Source of the DNA: Bacteroidales bacterium | GTDB taxonomy: Bacteria; Bacteroidota; Bacteroidia; Bacteroidales; TTA-H9 | Assembly: GCA_049969475.1 (NCBI GenBank) | Contig: JBMFOU010000020.1 | Span: forward strand, 110 to 64,109 | Direction of reading: 5' to 3' | DNA length: 64,000 bases | Shown here: positions 10,942 to 21,009 of the stretch, piece by piece | Layout of the letters: each line of letters begins with the position of its first letter | How positions within the stretch are numbered: position 1 is the first letter of the stretch | Made by a program: the position numbers and the translations under genes | Notes under the pieces: model-generated | Seen by the model: only the letters and a program-made list of their open reading frames with translations | What the model was told of the DNA's origin: nothing | Database searches by the model: none

Positions 10942-10945
10942 ATTC

Positions 10946-11911
10946 CTATAAATACTCTCCCATGAGTAAATACTTCCTCACATATTCAATGATGCCATCT
11001 TCCAGACTCCTGAAAGAAGGGCAGCATCCGGTGGCCAATGATTTATGCATATCGGCCTGGGTAAAATACTGGTATTTATCGCGAATATCGGCCGGGGTAT
11101 CGATAAATTCTATTATGGGCTCTTTTTTAATGGCTTTAAAAACAGCTGTAGCTAAATGAAGAAAGGGTTCGGCTTTACCTGTACCTGCATTGTAAATACC
11201 TGAGGTGGGTTGTTTTTGCCAGAAATTAATCATCATTTCCACCACATCTTTCACATATACAAAATCACGTAACTGCATGCCGTCGGCATAATCGAGCCGA
11301 TGCGAACGAAACAGTTTTACCTTACCAGTGTTTTGTATTTGATGGAAAGCGTGAAAAACCACAGAGGCCATTCGGCCCTTATGATATTCATTGGGGCCAT
11401 ATACATTAAAAAACTTGAATCCATACCACCTTGGGGGCGTTTCTTCCCGTTGCAATACCCAACGGTCGAATTCCTGTTTCGACCACCCATAAGGATTGAG
11501 CGGGGTGAGAAAAGGTATTAGTGTATGATCATCGCTATAGCCCATGTCTCCCGCACCATAAGTGGCAGCACTTGAAGCATAGAGTAAAGGTATCTGATGT
11601 CGGGTACAGAAATTAAACAAGCTGATAGAATAGCCAACATTAAGACGGTCGAAAATAGAGGAGTCAAATTCTGTGGTGTCCGTGCGGGCCCCCAAGTGAA
11701 AGATGGCTTCTATGAAGCTGGCATTTTCTTCTGCCCATTCGAAAAAGAGGTCTCTCTCGATTTTTTGGAGATAATGCTTGCGGACAAGGTTTTTTTCTTT
11801 TTCGGGTACTCCGAAATGGTCTACCAGCACCAAATCCTCGCGACCTAGTTGGTTGAGGCATCCGGTAAGCACACTACCAATAAACCCTGCTGCCCCTGTA
11901 ATTACAATCAT
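10946..11911 (-). CDS. hldD: ADP-L-glycero-D-manno-heptose 6-epimerase
   Basis: GAAGFIGS NAD motif. LYASSAATYG, FFNVYGPNEYHKGRMASVVFH and YQYFTQADM closely parallel E. coli RfaD/HldD. Confidence 0.85.
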   Translation of the reverse strand: MIVITGAAGFIGSVLTGCLNQLGREDLVLVDHFGVPEKEKNLVRKHYLQKIERDLFFEWAEENASFIEAIFHLGARTDTTEFDSSIFDRLNVGYSISLFNFCTRHQIPLLYASSAATYGAGDMGYSDDHTLIPFLTPLNPYGWSKQEFDRWVLQREETPPRWYGFKFFNVYGPNEYHKGRMASVVFHAFHQIQNTGKVKLFRSHRLDYADGMQLRDFVYVKDVVEMMINFWQKQPTSGIYNAGTGKAEPFLHLATAVFKAIKKEPIIEFIDTPADIRDKYQYFTQADMHKSLATGCCPSFRSLEDGIIEYVRKYLLMGEYL

Positions 11912-11942
11912 GGATAGGTGAAATTAAACAAGGAAACCAGAC

Positions 11943-12632
11943 TTACCTGGGCAAAACATCTAAGGCGGCATGCACAGCTATGGTAAGATTCTCAAGGGCT
12001 GATTCAATATCCCAGGATTCATCTTCGCGGGCACCAACGTAGTTCGAAACAGCTCTTATTTCAATGAAGGGAACTTCCCCGGCCAGGCAGGAAAAGAAAA
12101 ATGCTCCTCCTTCCTGAGTCTCCACATCGGCTTCGAGGGTCGAGGAGAGATAAGAGGGTTTCCGCTTACCTGAGAGATCAACCAGATTTACTGTAGCTCC
12201 GCGGGCTGTCGGAAGATTTTTAAATCCTATTACCTGATTGAAGTGAGGATTTTCGAGCAAGGTGTTTTTGCAAGCCGAGGGAAGGTTTGTATCGAACCCC
12301 AATTCCTGAATATACTTGAACCCTGCATCATCCATCATTCCGAATTCAGGGAAGAACTCCTCTTTAATGTTTAAAACCGTGCCCGGGTTAAGTTCTTTGC
12401 GAAACGAGCCGCAAATTCCTGCATTGATCGCCAAATTATACCGGGTATTCATCAAAGCTTTACCTACACCGAAAGCTGTAGCAACCATACCCATACCCGT
12501 AACAAGGACATCCACACGATGTTCTCCATAACGAAAAGAGTAATTATTGCCCGAATATTTACGCAGGAAGTGAAAGCCTGACATCAGGGGCTTAGCTTCT
12601 AGCCAGGTGGCTGTAACAAGTAAAATCCTCAT
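11943..12632 (-). CDS. mqnB: Futalosine hydrolase-like nucleosidase (PNP_UDP_1 family, menaquinone futalosine pathway)
   Basis: 229 aa. N-terminal MRILLVTATWLEAKPL and GMGMVATA motifs typical of MqnB / MTA nucleosidase-like proteins. Confidence 0.6.
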   Translation of the reverse strand: MRILLVTATWLEAKPLMSGFHFLRKYSGNNYSFRYGEHRVDVLVTGMGMVATAFGVGKALMNTRYNLAINAGICGSFRKELNPGTVLNIKEEFFPEFGMMDDAGFKYIQELGFDTNLPSACKNTLLENPHFNQVIGFKNLPTARGATVNLVDLSGKRKPSYLSSTLEADVETQEGGAFFFSCLAGEVPFIEIRAVSNYVGAREDESWDIESALENLTIAVHAALDVLPR

Positions 12633-12731
12633 TGTTAATCTTTTAGGTCAAAATTTCGATGCTGCTCTGCTGAAATAAAATTAGTGGTGGGGGATAATTG
12701 GGCTGCAAAGCTACAAGAAAAAAAAGAATTC

Positions 12732-12739
12732 TTACATTT
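12732..12739 (+). promoter_or_regulatory. Candidate -7 box (TAcaTTTG) for the MFS transporter gene
   Basis: tacatttg, 72 nt upstream of ATG 12811. Confidence 0.35.
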
Positions 12740-12810
12740 GGCCGCCTTTTTGGAAAGGCATAGGCATCACCTAAACAAATTTACGTTAAAGTTTTTAAAA
12801 CTAAAACAAA

Positions 12811-14208
12811 ATGACACAAAAATTGCAGGTTTTGTTATCCGAATCGAAACTAGCCCGGTGGACGGCCCTCATGTTGATTGCCTTCACTATGCTTACAGCC
12901 TATTTCTTCGTAGACGCCCTGGCTCCCTTGCAGGCCCTGCTGGAGGTAAACTACAAATGGAACCCCGAAGTTTATGGCACTTTTAGCGGTTCTGAGTATT
13001 ACCTCAATATGTTTGGCTTTTTGCTTATCTCAGGCATCATTCTCGACAAATTGGGAATTCGTTTTACTGGCCTGCTTAGCACGGGAGTGATGGTACTAGG
13101 AGCTGTCATCAAGCTTTACGCTCTTTCAGATTATTTTAATGCAGGTGGTCCCGGCTTTAATTTTTTTAACTCATTTATGACCTGGATGCCCGCTTCGGCA
13201 AAACTTGCGGCTTTGGGTTATGCCTTGTTTGGCATTGGTGTGGAAATGTGCGGTATTACGGTTTCTAAGACCATCGTGAAATGGTTTAGAGGCAAGGAGC
13301 TGGCTCTAGCTATGGGTATGGAAATGGCTACCGCCCGAATCGGAGCATCTGTGGCCTTTTTCTTTTCCCCCATTATCGCCTCAGGTATTCCTTACCGCTC
13401 TGTGTTATTCGGTGTGGTTCTTCTAATGATCGGTTTTCTCACATTTCTCTCTTATGTGTTATTTCTCGATATTCCCTTAAGTAAACAGATTAAAGAAAAC
13501 GCTACCGATGAAGAGAAAGCTGAAGACGAATTCAAAATCAGCGACCTGGGAAAAATTGTTTCCAATCGCGGGTTTTGGTACATCGCTTTATTATGCGTAC
13601 TATTTTACAGCGGTGTTTTCCCTTTCCTGAAATATGCTGTGAACATGATGCAAAGCAAGCTGGGCATTTCTCCTGAAGCAGGGGGGATGATAGCAGGATT
13701 GCTCCCTGTAGGCACTATATTGCTCACTCCCATTTTCGGTAATATGGTTGACCGGAAAGGTAAAGCTGCTTCAGTAATGATGCTTGGTGCTCTCTTGCTT
13801 TCAGGCTCTCACCTCATTTTTGCCATTGCTCCTCCGAGCATGGTGCTTTATATCGTAGCTATTTTGATCTTAGGTGTTGCTTTTTCTCTTGTTCCGGCTT
13901 CGCTGTGGCCATCGGTACCCAAAGTGGTGGAAGACCGTTATCTGGGCTCTGCCTATGCTGTTATTTTCCTCATTCAGAACTGGGGACTGGGTTTAATTCC
14001 TGCTGTCATTGGTATCATTTTGAACGCTGTTAACCCTGGTGTGGCCGAACGGATTGCAGCAGGCGATACTACAGCCGTTTATAACTATACCGTGCCGATG
14101 CTGGTGTTTGCCTCATTAGGTCTATTAGCCATGGTGTTTGGCCTTCTGCTTCGCAGAGAAGACAGAATCAAAAATTACGGTCTCGAAAAACCTAACATCC
14201 AAAAATAA
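12811..14208 (+). CDS. MFS transporter
   Basis: 465 aa, about 12 hydrophobic segments with a central charged loop (KENATDEEKAEDEFK). Confidence 0.8.
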   Translation: MTQKLQVLLSESKLARWTALMLIAFTMLTAYFFVDALAPLQALLEVNYKWNPEVYGTFSGSEYYLNMFGFLLISGIILDKLGIRFTGLLSTGVMVLGAVIKLYALSDYFNAGGPGFNFFNSFMTWMPASAKLAALGYALFGIGVEMCGITVSKTIVKWFRGKELALAMGMEMATARIGASVAFFFSPIIASGIPYRSVLFGVVLLMIGFLTFLSYVLFLDIPLSKQIKENATDEEKAEDEFKISDLGKIVSNRGFWYIALLCVLFYSGVFPFLKYAVNMMQSKLGISPEAGGMIAGLLPVGTILLTPIFGNMVDRKGKAASVMMLGALLLSGSHLIFAIAPPSMVLYIVAILILGVAFSLVPASLWPSVPKVVEDRYLGSAYAVIFLIQNWGLGLIPAVIGIILNAVNPGVAERIAAGDTTAVYNYTVPMLVFASLGLLAMVFGLLLRREDRIKNYGLEKPNIQK

Positions 14209-14234
14209 GTTTTAACATTTATCCCTTTTTAAAG

Positions 14235-14274
14235 TCTGCAAGGGTGAGTTTGTCTCTCTTTGCAGATTTTTTTT
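14235..14274 (+). terminator. Rho-independent terminator of the MFS gene
   Basis: tctgcaagg (14235-14243) pairs with ctttgcaga (14258-14266), followed by a T8 run. Confidence 0.7.
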
Positions 14275-14339
14275 ATTCGCATTACTAAGGCCACCCTTTA
14301 AGTGATAGAAAAAATGAACCCGTGAACGCCATTGGGGGA

Positions 14340-15023
14340 TCAGGTTATATGGATTATTTCTTTATGGGGTAAGTCTGGATGGGAAAACGCTGGACTAATA
14401 CTTATTAATTCGCTGATAATCATTGCTGTGGCTCCCCAGATTCGGACTCCTTCCATCGCAAAACAAGGAGCAGAAACTGGCCCACGCAGGGTGTCAAAAA
14501 CAAAGGTGCTTTGGTAATTTCTATCGAAAAACAAGGGGTAAGGAATCATAAGAATTTCATCGACCTCTTCTTTTTGCCTCACGAACGTTGGAGTCTTTGA
14601 CGTATATCCCACATGAGGATGTACCCTGAAGTTGCTGTGGGGTATGTATAAAGGACTTAGCAGCCCCAGCTGTTCAACGGTTTCGGGTGCTATGCCTGTT
14701 TCTTCCTGTGCCTCTCTCAGCGCTGTATTCCATAAATCAATATCCGAAGATTCTGCTCTTCCTCCTGGAAACCCGATCTGGCCTCCGTGAATTCTTCCGT
14801 CCTCGCTCCTTCGGATAAGCAAAAGAAAAAGCTGGTAGTCCCTTTCAATAAATAACACTAAAACAGCACTCTCCACAGGAACAACCTCAGCTGGCATATC
14901 CAATAATCGCCCTTCTGGCATCATGTGCTTCCAGGCTTTCGGACCCGGTAATGCTTCCTTCAGTCGAAATGAAAGATTTTTAATGAATGTTGGATTTATA
15001 TCCTCTCTCCCTGTATTTTTCAT
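14340..15023 (-). CDS. NUDIX hydrolase, CoA pyrophosphatase-like
   Basis: Nudix box GGRAESSDIDLWNTALREAQEETGI. The ORF-track N-terminus (to 15281) overlaps clpS and is not protein-like. ATG at 15023 (MKNTGRED) chosen. Confidence 0.75.
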   Translation of the reverse strand: MKNTGREDINPTFIKNLSFRLKEALPGPKAWKHMMPEGRLLDMPAEVVPVESAVLVLFIERDYQLFLLLIRRSEDGRIHGGQIGFPGGRAESSDIDLWNTALREAQEETGIAPETVEQLGLLSPLYIPHSNFRVHPHVGYTSKTPTFVRQKEEVDEILMIPYPLFFDRNYQSTFVFDTLRGPVSAPCFAMEGVRIWGATAMIISELISISPAFSHPDLPHKEIIHIT

Positions 15024-15107
15024 AGTGCAAAAATCGAATATTTTAGCATCCATCCCTTGATTTGTTGTAATTTTACCCCCAGAAAAGCATAGGGTGATAA
15101 CCAAACC

Positions 15108-15380
15108 ATGGACGAAGTTAAAGCTAAACCCATAGAAGAACAAATCAATGATTCGGATGATGTGAAGGAACTCATCCTGTTTAACGATGAGGTAAATACC
15201 TTTGAGCACGTAATCCAATGCCTGGTGGAGGTCTGCCGCCATACCACCGAACAGGCAGAACAGTGTGCCCTTATTGCTCATTTTAAGGGGAAATGCCCTG
15301 TAAAATCGGGTTCATTCACTGAGCTGAAACCTATGGCCGACGAACTGACCCGGCGTTATCTCACGGTTGAAATTCAATAG
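15108..15380 (+). CDS. clpS: ATP-dependent Clp protease adaptor ClpS
   Basis: 90 aa. LILFNDEVNTFEHVIQCL ... EQAEQCALIAHFKGKC is the ClpS core. Confidence 0.9.
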   Translation: MDEVKAKPIEEQINDSDDVKELILFNDEVNTFEHVIQCLVEVCRHTTEQAEQCALIAHFKGKCPVKSGSFTELKPMADELTRRYLTVEIQ

Positions 15381-15514
15381 TATTGTATTTTTTTGTTGAG
15401 CAAAAGCTCCAGGCTTAATAGGGCTGGGGCTGCTGTATTTTTTTGTGTTTTTTCTAAATCACAGTATTCCTAAGAGAGTAAAACCCACATAAAATTTTGC
15501 GGGGATAGCCTGAA

Positions 15515-16018
15515 ATGATTAATTTCACACCCAACAAATCGATATCCATGAGCTGGTCATTGATTATCGTTCTTATCCTGATAGGGCTGATATTTTTACT
15601 ACTGGAAATGCTGGTAATACCTGGTATCACAGTGGCTGGGGTGATAGGTTTTGCTTGTGTGGTGGTAGCCGTTTGGGCCGCTTTTGCAACCCATGGAACG
15701 ATGGCCGGATTAATTACTTTGGGCCTCACGGTTTTTCTTTCGGCTCTGGCACTTTTTTATGCCTTAAAGTCGAAAACCTGGAGAAAACTTTCGCTTGAGA
15801 CGCGCAATGAAGCCAAAGTGAATGTAGTGGATGAGAAGGCCCTAAAGCCGGGGGATAGTGGTATTGCAATTAGCCGGATGGCTCCTGCAGGAACCGTGGA
15901 AATCAATGGTGAACAATACGAAGCACACACCTATGGGGAATTTCTCAATCCCGGAACCCGTGTTATAGTAGATAAAATTGAATTTAACAAAATATATGTA
16001 AAAACCATTAAAAACTGA
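15515..16018 (+). CDS. nfeD: NfeD family membrane protein
   Basis: N-terminal TM helices plus a C-terminal OB-fold-like soluble domain, immediately upstream of floA (the classic pairing). Confidence 0.75.
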   Translation: MINFTPNKSISMSWSLIIVLILIGLIFLLLEMLVIPGITVAGVIGFACVVVAVWAAFATHGTMAGLITLGLTVFLSALALFYALKSKTWRKLSLETRNEAKVNVVDEKALKPGDSGIAISRMAPAGTVEINGEQYEAHTYGEFLNPGTRVIVDKIEFNKIYVKTIKN

Positions 16019-16022
16019 AGTT

Positions 16023-17027
16023 ATGGACGGAAATCCTGTGATTATCATTATTATTGGACTGGCAGCGCTGGTCGGTTTGTGGATGATTTTTTATTTTATT
16101 CCGGTGGGTCTGTGGTTCTCGGCCCAGGTAAGCGGCGTTCGCATTTCCCTGCTTCAGCTCGTTCTGATGCGCTGGCGTAAGGTTCCTCCCGCTGTTATTG
16201 TCAATAATCTTATTGCGGCTACCAAAGCCGGTCTCAAGATTACGGCCAACGACCTTGAAACGCACTATCTGGCGGGTGGTCGCGTAAAATCTGTTGTAAA
16301 TGCTTTGATTTCGGCAGAAAAAGCCAACATGGGCCTTGACATAAAAACAGCCACGGCCATCGACCTGGCCGGCCGCGATGTCTTCGAGGCTGTTCAGATG
16401 TCGGTACAGCCCAAAGTTATCGATACTCCTCCCGTGACAGCGGTAGCTAAAGATGGGATACAGCTTATTGCCAAAGCAAGGGTTACAGTGAGGGCTAACA
16501 TTCGCCGTTTGGTGGGAGGCGCCGGTGAGGAAACTATTCTGGCTCGCGTAGGCGAAGGCATTGTTTCGAGTATTGGCTCTGCCGAAAATCACAAAATTGT
16601 GCTCGAAAATCCCGACTCCATCTCAAAATTGGTGCTCGATAAAGGACTTGACTCTGGTACGGCTTTCGAAATACTTTCTATCGACATAGCTGATATCGAT
16701 GTGGGGAAAAACATAGGGGCTGTGCTTCAGATGGACCAGGCCAATGCGGATAAAAATATTGCCCAGGCTAAAGCCGAAGAACGACGAGCTATGGCAGTGG
16801 CCTACGAACAGGAAATGAAAGCCAAAGCCCAGGAGGCCCGGGCACGCGTCATCGAGGCTGAAGCAGAAATTCCCAAAGCCATTGCCGAAGCTTTCCGCAA
16901 CGGAAATCTGGGCATCATGGATTATTATCGCTTTGAAAACCTGAAGGCCGATACTCGTATGCGCGAAAGCATTGCCAGCCCCCAGGGTAAACCCAAAGAT
17001 CCTAAAGATGAAGACCTAACTAAATAA
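16023..17027 (+). CDS. floA: Flotillin-like protein FloA (SPFH, UPF0365/YqfA family)
   Basis: 334 aa. N-terminal TM, SPFH core, and an Ala/Glu-rich flotillin tail ([26 protein letters not shown]). Confidence 0.85.
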   Translation: MDGNPVIIIIIGLAALVGLWMIFYFIPVGLWFSAQVSGVRISLLQLVLMRWRKVPPAVIVNNLIAATKAGLKITANDLETHYLAGGRVKSVVNALISAEKANMGLDIKTATAIDLAGRDVFEAVQMSVQPKVIDTPPVTAVAKDGIQLIAKARVTVRANIRRLVGGAGEETILARVGEGIVSSIGSAENHKIVLENPDSISKLVLDKGLDSGTAFEILSIDIADIDVGKNIGAVLQMDQANADKNIAQAKAEERRAMAVAYEQEMKAKAQEARARVIEAEAEIPKAIAEAFRNGNLGIMDYYRFENLKADTRMRESIASPQGKPKDPKDEDLTK

Positions 17028-17057
17028 CTGAGGCATTTCAAACCTATTGTTCAAATC

Positions 17058-17093
17058 CTCCCCATGAGCCTGTCTTGTGGGGAGTTTTTTTTT
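17058..17093 (+). terminator. Rho-independent terminator of nfeD-floA
   Basis: ctcccca pairs with tggggag (7 bp), followed by a T9 run. Confidence 0.7.
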
Positions 17094-17259
17094 AGATTCG
17101 ACCGTATGTTCCTGATCCTCTACTCTATCGACTACCCCAGGACAGCGAATCTATCTTATTGAAGTAAGCCAGGAAGGCTTCAGATGGTGTGTAATCTTGG
17201 GTGAAATAAAAGAAAAAACCTCGTAAAATGCTTATATTAAACAATTTACGAAGTTCTGG

Positions 17260-17346
17260 TGGTACCCGAGACAGGACTTGAACCTGCACGTCCGAAAGGA
17301 CACTAGTCCCTGAAACTAGCGCGTCTACCAATTCCGCCACTCGGGT
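17260..17346 (-). tRNA. tRNA-Leu (anticodon CAG), long variable arm, CCA encoded
   Basis: Reverse complement reads ACCCGAG-TG-GCGGAATTGGTAGACGCG-CTAGT-TTCAGGG-ACTAG-(variable arm)-GCAGGTTCAAGTCCTGT-CTCGGGT-A-CCA. The 7-nt anticodon loop is TT-CAG-GG. Confidence 0.9.
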
Positions 17347-17359
17347 ATTTTTAAAGAAC

Positions 17360-17445
17360 GGTGCCCAGGACAAGACTCGAACTTGCACGCCCGAACGGGC
17401 ACTACCCCCTCAAAGTAGCGTGTCTACCAATTCCACCACCTGGGC
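17360..17445 (-). tRNA. tRNA-Leu (anticodon GAG), long variable arm, CCA not fully encoded (ACCG)
   Basis: Reverse complement reads GCCCAGG-TG-GTGGAATTGGTAGACACG-CTACT-TTGAGGG-GGTAG-(variable arm)-GCAAGTTCGAGTCTTGT-CCTGGGC-A. The anticodon loop is TT-GAG-GG. Confidence 0.9.
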
Positions 17446-17455
17446 AAAGGGTTTG

Positions 17456-17463
17456 CAAAGATA
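17456..17463 (-). promoter_or_regulatory. -7 promoter box (TAtcTTTG) for the tRNA-Leu pair
   Basis: caaagata on +, 11 nt upstream of the mature 5' end of tRNA-Leu(GAG). Confidence 0.5.
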
Positions 17464-17704
17464 CAAACTTTTTGACATGTGCAATACCTCTAAGGTTTTT
17501 ATGAAGAAAAAAATTTTCTATATCCCTGAACCTGTCTGGTTTTCCGGTGAATATGTCCGGTTATTTTATTGCAAAAGAATTACAACCTGGAAGCAGTGTA
17601 GAAACAAGTCATTGAGAAATGATGAATGGGACTACCTATGAAAAACCTGTAAAAATGGCTTTAAATTTTACTGAGTAAAATTAGTATCATTCTGAAAATC
17701 AATT

Positions 17705-18463
17705 TTAGCTATTGGACTTGAAGGAATGAAAACACTCCAGAATAGCCACATAGAGCTCGTAATCGCTGCAATGGAGCACAAAATCTTCATCAAGATGGCA
17801 GAAATCAAGAAACTTTCTTAAGATTTCCTGGTCGGTGATACCCGTTAGCTGGCGTACAAGATCTGCATTATACCTTTGTTTAATCTGGGCTTCCCTTCGA
17901 TCGGCAGCCACCAGCGCAGCGTATTTGCGCCTGCTTTTGGGGGCACTGCCAAAAATGTTGTAAAGGGCAGAGATTGGCGACATGAGGCTAACTCCAAAAC
18001 CTCCATAGGGTCCCTGATAGTTATACACGCCTTCTTTGGCCAGGTGCAGGTCGGTAGGCTGAGGGCCGGGGTCGGTCTTCAAATTTTTAAAGGCTTCGGA
18101 AAATTCTTGCCAGGTGGAGGGAAAAGGATGTATTACTACTTCTTTTAACTGGTATATCTGTTCCAAGAGAATAATTTCCAGCTCTCCGTTGTAAACCGGG
18201 GTTTCTGCTGTGAATCCTACAATCCTGGTAACATACCCTATGCGACTTACCAGCAGACTGTCGCCGGGCTTTAGTGGTATATTAAAATATCCCGAGGTAT
18301 CGCTTACCGTTCCTGTAAGGGTTTTTAAATGGATGATGTGGGCCAGCGCCACGGGCCTATGGTCGGTTCCCAGCACCCGTCCTTTGCACCAAGTCCTGTC
18401 GGCGGTCTGGGCCATGAGGCTAGTGTAGGCCCAAATAGAAATAAATAGCAGCGCCTTTTTCAT
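17705..18463 (-). CDS. Secreted CarboxypepD_reg-like domain protein of unknown function
   Basis: Signal peptide MKKALLFISIWAYTSLMAQ. N-terminal carboxypeptidase-regulatory-like beta-sandwich (GRVLG ... SGYFNIPLKPGDSLLVSRIGY). Lies 75 nt downstream of the TPP-riboswitch TonB receptor on the same strand. Confidence 0.55.
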   Translation of the reverse strand: MKKALLFISIWAYTSLMAQTADRTWCKGRVLGTDHRPVALAHIIHLKTLTGTVSDTSGYFNIPLKPGDSLLVSRIGYVTRIVGFTAETPVYNGELEIILLEQIYQLKEVVIHPFPSTWQEFSEAFKNLKTDPGPQPTDLHLAKEGVYNYQGPYGGFGVSLMSPISALYNIFGSAPKSRRKYAALVAADRREAQIKQRYNADLVRQLTGITDQEILRKFLDFCHLDEDFVLHCSDYELYVAILECFHSFKSNS

Positions 18464-18538
18464 GACGCTGCTAAATTACACTGGTTTTTGAAGGAAATAA
18501 TCCGCCTGAAAGTTAAAAAGTGTTAAGGTTCAGGATAT

Positions 18539-20944
18539 TTAAAAACGGATATCAAACCCTGCCAAAAAGTGGATACCGGCCTGAGGGAAATAGCCATCCA
18601 TTTTTTTCTCCACCCCTCCTTCCAGATAACTGTAAACCCAGGCATTGCTTTCGTACTTGTGGTCTAACAGGTTATACACGTTAACAAAGAGAGAAGCTGA
18701 TTTTACAAAAGGTAAAACCACTTGGTATTCTGCCCGGAGATCGAGGATGCCGTATGGATTCAATTTTTTTGATTCGCTGGAGGTGTTATCAATAAATTGT
18801 TTACCAACGTACTTTCCTGTGAGGGTGAAGTTAAGGGGCTGAGTGGGGTGGTATTGCAGAGTGGCTCCTCCAATAATGGAAGGGGAGAAGCTGATGGTCG
18901 TTTCTCCCAGGGGACGTTCCTCCTGGGTCCAGGTGTCCCAATTATCGATGTATTCTACAAAGTTTTTAATTCGGTTTCGGCTAAGAGTTAGGTTTCCGGC
19001 CAGGTTCAGTGAAGAGGCCAGGCTGGCCGATGCCATAAGCTCCACGCCCATGCGGTAACTTTCGGGCACATTGATATTTACCGGGCTTCCAACATTGTTG
19101 ATTTTTCCTGTCATGACGAGCTGATCTCTGTAATTCATCAGATAAAAATTGACTCCTGCCTGCGCCTTATCTGCAGAATATCGATAGCCCAGTTCCCAAT
19201 CGGTCATTTTTTCAGGACGGGGCTGGTAGCCCTCGTCTGCATCCCGATATTCGTTGCGCGAGGGTTCGCGATGGGCAATTCCTACTGAAGCGTAAGCCAA
19301 AGAATTTTTAGTGATTTGGTAGCTCAGGCCCGTTTTGGGATTAAAAAAGTCGAAGGTATGCACTTGATCCAGTATACGAAGGTCATCGTGCGTTCCTTCG
19401 ATGCGATAATCGATGTGCCTGTATTGCAAGTCGGTCATCCAGTTGATTCGGTCGGTAGCCTGCCAGCTCAGGCGGGCAAATGCGTTGAAATCTTTTTTAA
19501 TTCCCTGGTTGCGGTAATAGTCTCTGTCGATAAACCCAGTGGAGGCATAACGAGCCCAGATTACTTGGCCAAAATGCCAACCATCGTAGTAGGTATATCC
19601 GCTTCCCGTAGTAAAGCTAACTTTTTCTGACGGTTGCCATATGGCAGAAAAATTTACGCCGTAAAAATCATTGTCGAGATATTTGCGACGTATGAGGTCA
19701 GTTTTACGGATGGTGTCTCCTCCAATAATCACATTGGGCAATCCGTATTTGCTGAATTTCTGGTTCTGCTTCATCGATTCATAAAAACCAAATCCCTGGG
19801 TGTAGTGCAAAGCAAAATGGAGGGTGAGGGAAGAGGTGGGCTTAATTCCATAGAAAAGTTGGTAATGATTTTGTTCATAATCGTCCACCTGGTTTTTGTA
19901 ATAAAGTGTATCACCGTTTTCATCGAAATACATACCAGCCGGATTGAATGTACGGCGTGAGTTCAACAGTTCTGAAGGCACTCCTTCCCATGCCTGGTAG
20001 GTGACTTCTTTTCCTCCGAAAATATTGAAGCGCAGAAAGCTCTTCTCCCCAAAATACCCACCCGTGAGGAAAAAGGATTTGAGGTTGGCGCTGGCCCGGT
20101 CGATATAGCCGTCGGATGAAGTGCGGCTCAGGCGTCCCTCGAGGGCAAAATGCGAACCCAGTCGGCCAGTGGCAAAGCTCAGGGTATTGCGTAAGGTATT
20201 GAAACTGCCTGCTGAGCTGATGAGCTGGGCTTCTGCCTCTTCGCTGATGGCCGAAGTTTGCAGGTTGATGGCTCCGCCAAAGGCTCCGCTCCCATGCGCC
20301 GAAAGTCCTACTCCCCGCTGTATCTGGATGTTTTCGGTAGAAGACGCTATATCAGGCACATCTACCCAGTACACCATCTGCGACTCAGCATCATTCAAAG
20401 GTACCCCGTTAATCATCACATTGATGCGCTGCATATCAGAACCACGAATCCTGAGGCCCGTATAGCCTATTCCCGTTCCGGCATCGCTGGTTACCACCAC
20501 TGAAGGCGTCTGGTCGAGAAGAAAGGGAAGGTCGCGGCCGGTATTCAGTTTCTGAATAGTTCTGGATGGTAAATTGGTAAAGGCTATAGGAGCTTTTTCT
20601 CCAGCCCGGGTAGCACTCACCACTATACCCTCCTGCAACAAGACCGAGGGCTTTAGTGCTACGTCCTTTACTGCGTTGGTTGTCAAAACGATTTCTTCCT
20701 GCCAGGTTTCATACCCCATAAAAGAAACCCGCATTACAAACTTTCCCTGCGGAATGTGCCGGATGACATACCGGCCCGATTCATCGCTTACTGAGGCAAA
20801 CTGGTGCCCCGCCAACATTACATGCGCACCGGCTAAAATTTTACCGTTGGTAGCATCGGTAATTTTGCCTGAGAGTGTTAACTGTGCTCTCGCCCCTGTG
20901 AAAACTAGGGCAGTTAAAAAAAGCAAAAACAACTTTTTAAACAT
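18539..20944 (-). CDS. TonB-dependent receptor with N-terminal CarboxypepD_reg domain, predicted thiamine/thiamine-precursor receptor
   Basis: 801 aa. Signal peptide, SGKITDATNGKILAGAHV regulatory domain, plug (IQIQRGVGLSAHGSGAFGGAIN), barrel ending in F. Preceded by a TPP riboswitch. Confidence 0.85.
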   Translation of the reverse strand: MFKKLFLLFLTALVFTGARAQLTLSGKITDATNGKILAGAHVMLAGHQFASVSDESGRYVIRHIPQGKFVMRVSFMGYETWQEEIVLTTNAVKDVALKPSVLLQEGIVVSATRAGEKAPIAFTNLPSRTIQKLNTGRDLPFLLDQTPSVVVTSDAGTGIGYTGLRIRGSDMQRINVMINGVPLNDAESQMVYWVDVPDIASSTENIQIQRGVGLSAHGSGAFGGAINLQTSAISEEAEAQLISSAGSFNTLRNTLSFATGRLGSHFALEGRLSRTSSDGYIDRASANLKSFFLTGGYFGEKSFLRFNIFGGKEVTYQAWEGVPSELLNSRRTFNPAGMYFDENGDTLYYKNQVDDYEQNHYQLFYGIKPTSSLTLHFALHYTQGFGFYESMKQNQKFSKYGLPNVIIGGDTIRKTDLIRRKYLDNDFYGVNFSAIWQPSEKVSFTTGSGYTYYDGWHFGQVIWARYASTGFIDRDYYRNQGIKKDFNAFARLSWQATDRINWMTDLQYRHIDYRIEGTHDDLRILDQVHTFDFFNPKTGLSYQITKNSLAYASVGIAHREPSRNEYRDADEGYQPRPEKMTDWELGYRYSADKAQAGVNFYLMNYRDQLVMTGKINNVGSPVNINVPESYRMGVELMASASLASSLNLAGNLTLSRNRIKNFVEYIDNWDTWTQEERPLGETTISFSPSIIGGATLQYHPTQPLNFTLTGKYVGKQFIDNTSSESKKLNPYGILDLRAEYQVVLPFVKSASLFVNVYNLLDHKYESNAWVYSYLEGGVEKKMDGYFPQAGIHFLAGFDIRF

Positions 20945-21009
20945 GACTACATGGTTTTAATTAGTTAATGTTTTGAATTAAAACCATATAGGGGAATATG
21001 AGAAAAATG

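Noticed and set aside
12684-12986. 100-aa ORF overlapping the 5' end of the MFS transporter gene.
   Set aside because: It starts with GTG, spans the promoter region, has no domain signal, and overlaps a well-supported CDS in another frame.
15024-15281. N-terminal 86-codon extension of the NUDIX ORF.
   Set aside because: It overlaps clpS on the opposite strand and is Phe/Ile-rich junk. A good ATG (15023) directly precedes the conserved part.
16008-16592. 194-aa minus-strand ORF inside floA.
   Set aside because: It is antisense to a conserved SPFH gene, with low-complexity Arg/Asn/Cys-rich translation.
17125-17641. 87-aa (-) and 73-aa (+) ORFs.
   Set aside because: Both run through the two tRNA-Leu genes, so they are artefacts of structured RNA sequence.
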